Source of the DNA: an uncultured Pelagibacteraceae bacterium | Lineage (GTDB): Bacteria; Pseudomonadota; Alphaproteobacteria; Pelagibacterales; Pelagibacteraceae | NCBI GenBank assembly: GCA_902625125.1 | Contig: CACOAB010000003.1 | Location: forward strand, 4,849 to 68,848 | Direction of reading: 5' to 3' | Length of the DNA: 64,000 nt | In this document: piece by piece, positions 20,987 through 29,221 of the stretch | Position numbering within the stretch: the first letter of the stretch is position 1 | How the letters are laid out: every line of letters starts with the position of its first letter | Notes under the pieces: model-generated | Databases searched by the model: none | What the model saw: only the letters and a program-made list of their open reading frames with translations | Told to the model about the DNA's origin: nothing | Translations under genes and position numbers: made by a program

Positions 20987-21943
20987 ATGTTTTTTAAAAA
21001 GAAAAAAATAAATTTAAAGAGATTATATCCGAAGATAAATTTAAAAGATAATCTATTTATTGATAGCGTAAAACCTCTCAATATAGCTAAAAAAAATGAT
21101 TTAACTTTTTTTGATACTGTAAAATATAAAGCTGAAGCGAATTTAACAAAATCTGTAGCATGTATTACTACTGAAAAGCTTAAATCTTTTTTACCTCAAA
21201 AAGTTAATAAGATAATTGTAAAAAATGTATTATTTGAATTAGCTAAAGTTTTAAAACTTATTTATGTTAATGCAGAACTGGATATTCCAGATGAAACTTT
21301 AAAAAAACCGAAAAAATTCGCTTATAAAAAGGTAAAATTTGGAAATAATGTTTTAATTGGCAACAAAGTAAAAATTGGTAAGAACTCATATATTGGTTCC
21401 AATACAATAATTGAGCATGATGTCGTAATTGGTAAAAATTGCATAATTGGTCATGGAGTTATAATTAGAAACTCGTTAATAGGAGATGATGTAGTGGTAC
21501 AAGATAATAGCAAATTAGGTCAAAAAGGTTTTGGTTTCATTCCTATGAAAGATAAAAACTTAAAATTTCCACATATCGGAAAAGTAATTGTAGAGGACAA
21601 TGTAGAGATCGCTTCTGGCTGCACTATCGATAGAGGTTCAGTGGATGATACAATTATAGGAAAAAATACTTACTTAGACAATCAAGTGCATATAGCGCAT
21701 AATGTCAAGATTGGATCAAATTGCATGATCGCTGGACAAGTTGGATTTGCAGGAAGTTCAAAAATTGGCAACAACGTTTCTATTGGAGGACAAGCTGGTA
21801 TCTCGGGACATTTGAAGATTGGAAATAATGTAAAAATTGGAGGTGGCAGCGGTGTAGTAAAAGATGTTAAAGACAATCAAATATTAATGGGTTATCCAGC
21901 AGTATCGCTAAAAGATTTTTTAAAAAAAAATAAAAATGACTGA
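20987..21943 (+). CDS. lpxD: UDP-3-O-(3-hydroxyacyl)glucosamine N-acyltransferase
   Basis: Hexapeptide repeats; GFGF, TIDRG and LDNQVHIAHNV motifs. Confidence 0.95.
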   Translation: MFFKKKKINLKRLYPKINLKDNLFIDSVKPLNIAKKNDLTFFDTVKYKAEANLTKSVACITTEKLKSFLPQKVNKIIVKNVLFELAKVLKLIYVNAELDIPDETLKKPKKFAYKKVKFGNNVLIGNKVKIGKNSYIGSNTIIEHDVVIGKNCIIGHGVIIRNSLIGDDVVVQDNSKLGQKGFGFIPMKDKNLKFPHIGKVIVEDNVEIASGCTIDRGSVDDTIIGKNTYLDNQVHIAHNVKIGSNCMIAGQVGFAGSSKIGNNVSIGGQAGISGHLKIGNNVKIGGGSGVVKDVKDNQILMGYPAVSLKDFLKKNKND

Positions 21944-22391
21944 TAAAGATTTAGATAAAAAAACTATTGAAGCTTTACTACCACACAGGGAGCCGATGCT
22001 GTTGATTGATAAACTCACAAAAATTGTCCCTTTGAAGTCAGCAACTGCTATTATGTACGTAAAAAAAAATGGATTTTATGTTCAAGGTCATTTCCCAAAT
22101 CAACCTGTGATGCCTGGAGTTTTAATCGTAGAAGCTTTTGGACAGGCAGCAGCAGCTTTGACCGCCCATGGAATTGATCCAAAAGAATATGCAAACAAGT
22201 TAGTTTATTTAATGAGTGTAGATAAAGCTAGATTTAGAAATCCAGTTATTCCAGATTGTGAATTACATTTAGAAATTGAAGCAATAAGATCTCATGGAAG
22301 AGTTTGGAAATATAAAGGAATAGCTAAAGTTGGCGGTCAAAGAATGGCTGACGCAGAGTGGTCGGCCACGATAGTAGATAGAAAAGAATGA
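21936..22391 (+). CDS. fabZ: 3-hydroxyacyl-ACP dehydratase
   Basis: LPHREPMLLID and GHFPNQPVMPGVLIVEA motifs. Confidence 0.97.
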   Translation: MTDKDLDKKTIEALLPHREPMLLIDKLTKIVPLKSATAIMYVKKNGFYVQGHFPNQPVMPGVLIVEAFGQAAAALTAHGIDPKEYANKLVYLMSVDKARFRNPVIPDCELHLEIEAIRSHGRVWKYKGIAKVGGQRMADAEWSATIVDRKE

Positions 22392-23167
22392 TACACAATT
22401 CAAGCATAATTGATAAAAACGCAAAAATATCTAATAAAGTTAAAATTGGTCCATTTTGTTATGTCGGGCCTAATGTAGAGCTGTCTGAAGAAGTAGAATT
22501 AGTATCTAATGTTCATATAGAGGGTTTTACAAAAATAGGAAAAGGAACAAGAATCTTTCCATTTGCAAGTATTGGAACACAACCACAAGATCTTAAATTT
22601 AAAAATGAAAAAACAAATTTATCTATTGGTGAAAACAATATTATCAGAGAATATGTTACGATAAACCCAGGCACTGAAGGAGGAGGCTCAAAAACAATAA
22701 TTGGAAATCATTGTCTATTTATGATTTCTTCTCATATAGCGCATGACTGTAAGATTGGAAATAACGTAATTATTGCAAATAACGTTCCTTTAGGAGGTCA
22801 TGTCACTATTGAAGACTCAGTAGTAATAGGTGGAAATTCAGCCGTTCAGCAATTCACAAGAATAGGAAGATTGGCAATGATTGGAGGAATGACTGGAGTT
22901 TTAAAAGACGTGACGCCTTTCGGGCTTTCTATTGGTAATAGAAACTACTTACAAGGATTAAATTTAATAGGTTTAAGAAGAAAAAAATATGATAACAAAA
23001 AAATTATGGGATTAGATAAAGCATACAAAGAAATTTTTGCATCGAAAAATTTACACGAAAATTTAGGTAAAATTAATGGTGAATATAAAGATAATGAACT
23101 TGTAACAGAAGTTATCAAATTTATTGAAAAAGATAAAAAAAGACCTATTTGCTCACCGCAGAGTTAA
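22388..23167 (+). CDS. lpxA: UDP-N-acetylglucosamine acyltransferase
   Basis: PQDLKF, IREYVTI, HIAHDC and GLNLIGLRR motifs. Confidence 0.97.
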   Translation: MIHNSSIIDKNAKISNKVKIGPFCYVGPNVELSEEVELVSNVHIEGFTKIGKGTRIFPFASIGTQPQDLKFKNEKTNLSIGENNIIREYVTINPGTEGGGSKTIIGNHCLFMISSHIAHDCKIGNNVIIANNVPLGGHVTIEDSVVIGGNSAVQQFTRIGRLAMIGGMTGVLKDVTPFGLSIGNRNYLQGLNLIGLRRKKYDNKKIMGLDKAYKEIFASKNLHENLGKINGEYKDNELVTEVIKFIEKDKKRPICSPQS

Positions 23168-23170
23168 ATT

Positions 23171-23959
23171 ATGATTGGCTTAATTTTTGGAGATACCAAT
23201 TTTCCAAAATATATTTACAAAAAGATAAAGGGGTATAAAAAATATATTATAATTGATTTAACAAAAAAAAAATTTTTTAAAAAGGATAAAAATTCTTACT
23301 CAGTATCTATTGGTCAATTCGGGAAAATCATTTCAATCTTAAAAAAGAATAATTGCAAAAGGATACTTTTTGCTGGAAAGGTGCAAAAACCTAATTTTTT
23401 AAAAATTAAATTAGATTTAAAAGGAGTATACTATATTCCAAGAATTATAAAAAAATCAAAAATTGGTGATGTTGCTCTTTTAAAAGAAATTATTAAAATT
23501 TTTAAAAAAGAAAAAATTCAAACAATTAGTTCAACTACATTAACACCTGAACTTAATTTATCGAAAGGACATTATTCTAAATATAGACCCGATCGAGATG
23601 ATAAAAAAGACATTAATAATGCTATACAAAAATTAAATAAAACTGATCAATTTAGTCATATACAAGGTGCGATAAGTAGAGGCAAAACTATTATTCTTGA
23701 AAGACAAGAAGGAACCCAGAAAATGTTAAATAAAGTAAAGAAGATTAAAAATATTTGTCGAGGTGTCCTTGTAAAATTTCCCAAAAAAAAACAAGATCCA
23801 AGAGTTGATTTGCCGACTGTTGGGTTAGATACACTAAAACAATGTAAAGCAGTAGGTCTAAAAGGTATAGTTCTTAAACATAATAAAAATATTTTTTTAG
23901 ATCGAATTAAATCAATTAAATTTGCTAATAAAAATAAAATGTTTATTCTTGTAAAATGA
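23171..23959 (+). CDS. lpxI: UDP-2,3-diacylglucosamine diphosphatase LpxI
   Basis: FAGKVQKP, EGT and PKKKQDPRVDLPTVG motifs; located after lpxA. Confidence 0.9.
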   Translation: MIGLIFGDTNFPKYIYKKIKGYKKYIIIDLTKKKFFKKDKNSYSVSIGQFGKIISILKKNNCKRILFAGKVQKPNFLKIKLDLKGVYYIPRIIKKSKIGDVALLKEIIKIFKKEKIQTISSTTLTPELNLSKGHYSKYRPDRDDKKDINNAIQKLNKTDQFSHIQGAISRGKTIILERQEGTQKMLNKVKKIKNICRGVLVKFPKKKQDPRVDLPTVGLDTLKQCKAVGLKGIVLKHNKNIFLDRIKSIKFANKNKMFILVK

Positions 23960-25023
23960 AAAAAGTAATTTTGATTGTATGTTTTTTCTTATTTTATACG
24001 TTTAATTTATTCTCTGTTGAACCAAAATTACAAATGGTGCTTAAAGGTTTAGATAGTCCTTGGAGTCTTACTTTTATAAATTATAACAAAGTGTTAATCA
24101 CAGAAAAAGCAGGAAATCTAAAATTAGTAGATTTTAATAATAAAAAAATTAAAGAAATTAAACATAATTTAGATGTTCTAGAAGACGGGCAAGGAGGTTT
24201 ACTTGAAGTACTTTATCATAATGAGGAAGTTTTTGTATCATATTCTGAAAATTTAAAAAAAGGCAGAACAAGTACATCTGTTGCTAAAGCAAAATTTAAT
24301 GAAAATATTTTAAATTTTAAGAATATTTTTAGAGCAACACCACCAATTAATTCTGGTTATCATTTTGGATCAAGATTAGTTGTTAAAGATGATTTTCTTT
24401 ACATCACAGCTGGTGAGAGAGGTGAGGGAATGATTGCACAGGATCCATCCAAACATCCAGGCAGTATTATAAGAATTCATTTGGATGGTAAAATTCCAAA
24501 AGATAATCCAAAATTTAAAGGTAAAAAAAAATGGCTTCCTGAGATATATCAAATTGGGGTAAGAAATCCACAAGGTATGGCCCTATCTCCTTTTGACAAT
24601 AAAATTTATTTAACTAATCATGGAGCGAAAGGAGGAGATTGGTTTGGAGAGGCTAAATACGGTGAAAATTATGGTTGGAAAATATTAGGATGGGGTGGAA
24701 CTAATTACACAGGTACTAAAATTGGACCTAAGTGGATGCCAGGTTTTACAAAAGCTATTAAATATTGGGTTCCTTCGATAGCAGCAAGTTCTATGGTTAT
24801 TTATAAGGGCAATGAATTTAAAGAATGGAATGGAGATGCTTTAATAACTTCTCTTCGAGACCAATCCTTGAGAAAAATTAAATTTAAAAAAAATAAATTT
24901 CTTGACGAAAAAATTATATTTAAAGGGAATATCGGCAGAATAAGAGATATTGAAATCCAAAAAAGCACAGGAAAAATTTTTTTACTTACAGATGAAGGAT
25001 CGATTTGGAGACTTCAAAAATGA
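23956..25023 (+). CDS. PQQ-dependent sugar dehydrogenase (GSDH/YliI family), exported
   Basis: Signal peptide; PWSL, GQGGLL, HFGSRL, GERG, GVRNPQG, NYGW and GRIRDI motifs. Confidence 0.9.
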   Translation: MKKVILIVCFFLFYTFNLFSVEPKLQMVLKGLDSPWSLTFINYNKVLITEKAGNLKLVDFNNKKIKEIKHNLDVLEDGQGGLLEVLYHNEEVFVSYSENLKKGRTSTSVAKAKFNENILNFKNIFRATPPINSGYHFGSRLVVKDDFLYITAGERGEGMIAQDPSKHPGSIIRIHLDGKIPKDNPKFKGKKKWLPEIYQIGVRNPQGMALSPFDNKIYLTNHGAKGGDWFGEAKYGENYGWKILGWGGTNYTGTKIGPKWMPGFTKAIKYWVPSIAASSMVIYKGNEFKEWNGDALITSLRDQSLRKIKFKKNKFLDEKIIFKGNIGRIRDIEIQKSTGKIFLLTDEGSIWRLQK

Positions 25024-26150
25024 AAAGAATATTCATTTTAACAGGCGAGGCATCAGGTGATAAATTGGCATCTAAAGTAATAGCTAATTTGAATGAATTG
25101 AATTCAAATTTAGAATATCTGAGTGTTGGTGGTGAAAATTTAAAAAAACTTGGAATTAAATCTATTTACGATCTTAGAGAAATTACATATTTGGGTTTCA
25201 CAAATGTACTCTTAAATGTTTTTAAGATAAAAAAAAAGATAAACCAAACAGTAAAGGCTGTGCAAAATTTTAAACCTGACATCTTATTTACCGTCGATAG
25301 TCCAGATTTTACATTAAGGGTTGCAGAGAAAGTAAAAAAAGACAATCCTAAAATTAAGACCATACACTATGTTGCACCACAAGTATGGGTTTGGAGGGAG
25401 GGTAGATTAAAAAAGATTAAAAAATATATAGATCATATGCTTTTATTATTTAATTTTGAGAAACCTTATTTCGAAAAGGAAAACATGAGTCACGAATTTG
25501 TTGGCCATCCATTATTAGATACAAATATTGAAAGTGCAATTGATATAAATCAAATTCTAAAAAAAAATAAAGCTCTAATCTCCATCTTTGCAGGCAGTCG
25601 TAAATCTGAAATAGATTCACTTACTCCAATATTATTGAATTTTATTAAGCTTATGAATAAAAAATATCAAGATTTCACGTTTGTTTTTCACTCTACTAAA
25701 GAATATTCAGATTTGATTTTATCACATATTAAAGAAACAGATTTAAAAAATTGTGAAGTAATAAGTGATGATAAAATAAAAAATCATATATTACAAAAAT
25801 CAATATTTGCAGTTTCAAAGTCTGGAACAGTATCTCTTGAAATATGCAATGCTAAAATACCATCAATAATTTTATACAAAATGGGATTGATAAATTTTTT
25901 AATAGTTAAAATGTTAGTTAAAACTAAATTTGCAAATATTATCAATATTGCTGCAAATGAAGAAATTTTACCTGAACTATTGCAATCAAAATGCAATCCA
26001 AAAAATATATTTGAAACTGTATCAAATTATTTAGATAATCCAAAAAAAATAAACGAACAAGTATCAAGAACTCAATCTATCTTAAAAAATTTTAGAACTA
26101 AAAACCCATCCTCAGTATTGGCTGCGCATGCTTTAAATAAATATTTATGA
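25020..26150 (+). CDS. lpxB: Lipid-A-disaccharide synthase
   Basis: GEASGD, VDSPDF, HYVAPQVWVWR, VGHPL, GSRKSE and SGT motifs. Start moved to ATG at 25020 (MKRIFILTGE), which gives an ATGA overlap with the upstream gene. Confidence 0.95.
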   Translation: MKRIFILTGEASGDKLASKVIANLNELNSNLEYLSVGGENLKKLGIKSIYDLREITYLGFTNVLLNVFKIKKKINQTVKAVQNFKPDILFTVDSPDFTLRVAEKVKKDNPKIKTIHYVAPQVWVWREGRLKKIKKYIDHMLLLFNFEKPYFEKENMSHEFVGHPLLDTNIESAIDINQILKKNKALISIFAGSRKSEIDSLTPILLNFIKLMNKKYQDFTFVFHSTKEYSDLILSHIKETDLKNCEVISDDKIKNHILQKSIFAVSKSGTVSLEICNAKIPSIILYKMGLINFLIVKMLVKTKFANIINIAANEEILPELLQSKCNPKNIFETVSNYLDNPKKINEQVSRTQSILKNFRTKNPSSVLAAHALNKYL

Positions 26151-27076
26151 TCATTTATAGCCATAATGATTGTTTGAAAAAATTTAATGGAAAAACTCAT
26201 CCAGAAAGAAAGGAGAGATTAGAAAGTATTATTAGTTCTGTAAAATCATCAAATTTAAAAGTTAAATATAAAGAAGCTCCTTTAGCTGATTTAGAAACTA
26301 TTGCATTAGTTCATCCAAAAAAGCACATAGAAAAAATTTTTTCCGATATACCTAAGGATGGTATCGTAGGTGTAGAAAAAGAACCTTATGCCGATACCAT
26401 GCTTTGCCCTGACAGTAAAAATGCAATTCTTAGATCGTGCGGAGCTGGAATTGCTGCCGCTAATGATCTTATGAAAAAAAATGAAAGAGTGTTTTGTGCT
26501 GTTAGACCTCCTGGACATCACGCAGAAACAATGAGAGCTAACGGATTCTGTTTTATTAATAATATCGCCGTATCAGCAAGATATTTACAAAAAAAATACG
26601 ATGTTAATAAAATCGCAATAATAGATTTTGATGTTCATCACGGTAACGGAACCCAAGAAATTTTTTATAAAGACCATTCAGTAGCTTATGGTTCCTCTCA
26701 CGAATTTCCTTTATTTCCAGGTACAGGAGCAGAAAATGAGAAAGGTGTTGGCAATATTTTTAATGCTACTTTAAAAGCTGGCTTAACAGGTAAAGATTTT
26801 ATTGAGATATTTGATCAAAAAGTACTTAGGCCTATTGATAAATTCAAACCGGAGGTTATTTTGATTTCTGCTGGTTTTGATGCACATAAGAGGGATCCTT
26901 TAGCAAATATTAATTTAGAATCTGAAGATTTCTTTAAGATTACAAAAAATATTGTTGATATTGCAAAAATCCACTCTGAAGGTAGAGTTATTTCATTTCT
27001 AGAGGGAGGTTATGATCTACAAGCTTTATCAGAAGGCATAATAGAACACCTTAATGGTTTAAAACCCCATATTTGA
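26147..27076 (+). CDS. Histone deacetylase-family (HDAC/AcuC-like) Zn amidohydrolase
   Basis: HPER, RPPGHHA, GFC, DFDVHHGNGTQ, SAGFDAH and LEGGY motifs. Confidence 0.93.
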   Translation: MIIYSHNDCLKKFNGKTHPERKERLESIISSVKSSNLKVKYKEAPLADLETIALVHPKKHIEKIFSDIPKDGIVGVEKEPYADTMLCPDSKNAILRSCGAGIAAANDLMKKNERVFCAVRPPGHHAETMRANGFCFINNIAVSARYLQKKYDVNKIAIIDFDVHHGNGTQEIFYKDHSVAYGSSHEFPLFPGTGAENEKGVGNIFNATLKAGLTGKDFIEIFDQKVLRPIDKFKPEVILISAGFDAHKRDPLANINLESEDFFKITKNIVDIAKIHSEGRVISFLEGGYDLQALSEGIIEHLNGLKPHI

Positions 27077-27181
27077 CCAGTTATTTGGATTATTAAATTT
27101 ATTTATTTCTTTTTTTGTTACCGGTCTAAAAAGATAGTAAGCAATATATATTGTTAAAAAAAACAAAAAAATTGTTTTCAT
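27059..27181 (-). CDS. Putative 40-aa small membrane protein (absent from ORF track)
   Basis: Manual translation: MKTIFLFFLTIYIAYYLFRPVTKKEINKFNNPNNWSNMGF*. It fills most of the 130-bp HDAC-msrB gap and has an N-terminal hydrophobic helix followed by basic residues. Confidence 0.55.
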   Translation of the reverse strand: MKTIFLFFLTIYIAYYLFRPVTKKEINKFNNPNNWSNMGF

Positions 27182-27200
27182 AATTACAATACATTAAACT
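27172..27200 (+). promoter_or_regulatory. Putative sigma70 promoter for leaderless msrB
   Basis: TTGTTT(27172-77)-17 bp-TAAACT(27195-27200), then 6 nt to the ATG at 27207; no Shine-Dalgarno sequence. Confidence 0.4.
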
Positions 27201-27206
27201 AATTTT

Positions 27207-27665
27207 ATGAAATTTAGTAAAAGAAAATTTTTGCAAATCATTTGTTTTTCAACTTTAGCGATAATTTTTCCGATCAAAACAATTTTAGCTGCTACTAAAA
27301 AACTCATTAATCCAAATTTATCTAAACAGCAAAAAAATATCATGTTTAAAGAAGGAACAGAAAGACCATTTACTAGCGATCTACTTAATGAAAAAAGAAA
27401 GGGTTTTTACCATTGTGCTAATTGTGGAAATAAACTTTTTGCATCAACTGCTAAATTTGACAGTGGAACAGGCTGGCCTTCCTTTTCAGAGTCTTTACCA
27501 GGAGCTTTTAAAACAAAGATAGATTATTCCTTCGGCATGGAAAGAGTTGAATACCATTGTGCAAAGTGTGGAGCACATCATGGACATGTTTTTAATGATG
27601 GTCCAAAAGAATCGGGTAAAAGATTCTGTAATAACGGACTTTGTTTAATTTTTAAACCAGAGTAA
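27207..27665 (+). CDS. msrB: Peptide-methionine (R)-S-oxide reductase with N-terminal Tat-like signal
   Basis: GTERPF, CANC, KFDSGTGWPSF, CAKCGAHHGHVFNDGP and RFCNNG motifs; N-terminus SKRKFLQII plus hydrophobic stretch. Confidence 0.95.
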   Translation: MKFSKRKFLQIICFSTLAIIFPIKTILAATKKLINPNLSKQQKNIMFKEGTERPFTSDLLNEKRKGFYHCANCGNKLFASTAKFDSGTGWPSFSESLPGAFKTKIDYSFGMERVEYHCAKCGAHHGHVFNDGPKESGKRFCNNGLCLIFKPE

Positions 27666-27780
27666 ACCCTATAAAATCAAATAAAAATCTCTTATAATTT
27701 AAGCTTTTTTGTTCACAGTCAGCACCCAATTCGTGCATAATTGTAAGTGAATTTTATGAATTAAGGTTTAAAACTTATTC

Positions 27781-28449
27781 ATGGATTTGATTACAGTAAT
27801 AATTATAGGTGTAATTGTTGCAGCCACAGGTGTAATCAATCCAAAAGCTAAAGATCCAGAAGAAGTTGCTAAAGCCCCAGAAACACAAGTAACAACCCCT
27901 GAAGTAAAAGAGCCTGAACCAGAACCAGAACCAGAACCAGCAAAAGAGCCTGAGCCAGAACCACAACCAGAACCCGAACCAGAACCTGAACCAGAACCCA
28001 AACCAGAACCTCAAAAAGAAGAACCAAAAGAAGAGGTAAATGCTGAACAAACTCAGGAGCAAGATGCAAAACCTGAAGAGGAAGAAGTTCAACCGGTTAC
28101 AGAGGAAACTACTGAAGCTACAGAGGAAAAAGGACTAAGTATGGTAAATATTCTTCTTTATATCTTAGGAGCAATTGCAGTAATTGCAGCTGGAATATAC
28201 TTCTTTATGAGAAGAGAACCTTCACCTAAAAGCGCTGCTGATATAGCTAGAGCCCAGTCTCAACAAGATCCAACTCCTCAGCCTCAAGAAGAAACAGTTC
28301 AAGAAGAAACATATTCAGAGCCTGAACCTCAACCAGAACCAGAGCAACCAGTTCAAGAGGAAACACCGACAGAGACTACTGAGGAGGAGACTCAATCAGA
28401 AAATAATGATCAATCATCAAATAATGATGATGAGAATAACAATAGATAA
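27781..28449 (+). CDS. Acidic Pro/Glu-repeat membrane protein of unknown function
   Basis: Two hydrophobic helices (aa ~3-19 and ~122-144), each followed by an E/P/Q/T-rich low-complexity tract; repeats vary mostly at third codon positions. Confidence 0.8.
   Translation: MDLITVIIIGVIVAATGVINPKAKDPEEVAKAPETQVTTPEVKEPEPEPEPEPAKEPEPEPQPEPEPEPEPEPKPEPQKEEPKEEVNAEQTQEQDAKPEEEEVQPVTEETTEATEEKGLSMVNILLYILGAIAVIAAGIYFFMRREPSPKSAADIARAQSQQDPTPQPQEETVQEETYSEPEPQPEPEQPVQEETPTETTEEETQSENNDQSSNNDDENNNR
27910..28013 (+). repeat. Imperfect hexanucleotide tandem repeat (GAACCA-like) encoding (EP)n
   Basis: gagcctgaaccagaaccagaaccagaacca...gaacccgaaccagaacctgaacca; a shorter copy lies at about 28318-28350. 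Confidence 0.9.
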
Positions 28450-28453
28450 TTAA

Positions 28454-29221
28454 CTAAAATTTTTTTCCACCTTCTAAATAAGCACACTTCTCGCAAGTTT
28501 TTTCAATTTTGGGTGGCATATCAAGATTTAAAACCTCTTTCATCTCAGTTAACTTTTCTTCAATCCATGATGTATCTACACGGTACGGTATTAATGTAGT
28601 TTTGAAATCTATTTTGTTTTCAAATTTATCATTTGTTTTTTCTCCATTACAAACATAAAAAAATGATCGATCTGAAACCTCAAAATTCATTTTTCTTAAA
28701 ATATGAACATATATATCCATTTGTAATTTATAACTAAGATGCCATTCAGTGTCGAGATAAGAGGAAACAGTAACAGGGTAGGTTGAAGATTGAGCTTTAT
28801 AATCTACAACAACAATTTTCTTTTCATTTAAATCAAACCAAAGATCATCAATTCCCCCATGAATGATAAGATTAGTTTTTTCATCTAAATACGAAATTCC
28901 ACCTTTTAAAGAGTTTCTCCATGTATCTAAATCTTTGTGCTGATAAGGTACAAAGTTTAAATTATGTTTGATCATAATTGGATGTGGTTTTTGTTCTTTT
29001 CTATACTGATCAAATTCTTTCTTTAATAGCTCGTCCACAGCAACGTTTAAAGCCCAACCAGGCATAGAAGGTTCTTTTAGGCCCTTAACTCGATCTAGAT
29101 AAAAGCATCGTTTACAGCTAAGAAAATTAAAAAACTTTGACCTACTTATTTTAAAAGGGGTGTTTGATTTTTTATCGTAAATGGATGTTTTTCTTGTTCT
29201 GAAAGATACAGCGTCTTTCAT
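28454..29221 (-). CDS. PD-(D/E)XK nuclease, RecB/Cas4-like
   Basis: SRSK...CKRC, GGIDD, VDYK, QMDIY (QxxxY) and C-terminal CEKC. Confidence 0.85.
   Translation of the reverse strand: MKDAVSFRTRKTSIYDKKSNTPFKISRSKFFNFLSCKRCFYLDRVKGLKEPSMPGWALNVAVDELLKKEFDQYRKEQKPHPIMIKHNLNFVPYQHKDLDTWRNSLKGGISYLDEKTNLIIHGGIDDLWFDLNEKKIVVVDYKAQSSTYPVTVSSYLDTEWHLSYKLQMDIYVHILRKMNFEVSDRSFFYVCNGEKTNDKFENKIDFKTTLIPYRVDTSWIEEKLTEMKEVLNLDMPPKIEKTCEKCAYLEGGKKF

Noticed and set aside
23171-23959. LpxI possibly inactive (EGTQ instead of EGTD)
   Set aside because: The Asp in RVDLPT and the other polar residues I recall as catalytic (Q, E, E, T, Q) are retained.
25005-25019. Upstream TTG start for lpxB
   Set aside because: ATG 25020 gives the usual N-terminus and an ATGA overlap.
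27652-27738. 28-aa minus-strand ORF (MHELGADCEQKS...) and GCAC-N7-GTGC inverted repeat between msrB and the Pro/Glu gene
   Set aside because: Too short, with no supporting signal; more likely promoter DNA.
27768-28092. Minus-strand ORFs with GS, FW and VL repeats
   Set aside because: Antisense shadows of the (GAACCA)n Glu-Pro repeat; third-position variation fits the plus-strand frame.
27910-29221. Possible CRISPR array next to the Cas4-like nuclease
   Set aside because: The repeats are 6-nt coding repeats with no repeat-spacer structure, and there is no cas1, cas2 or effector gene.
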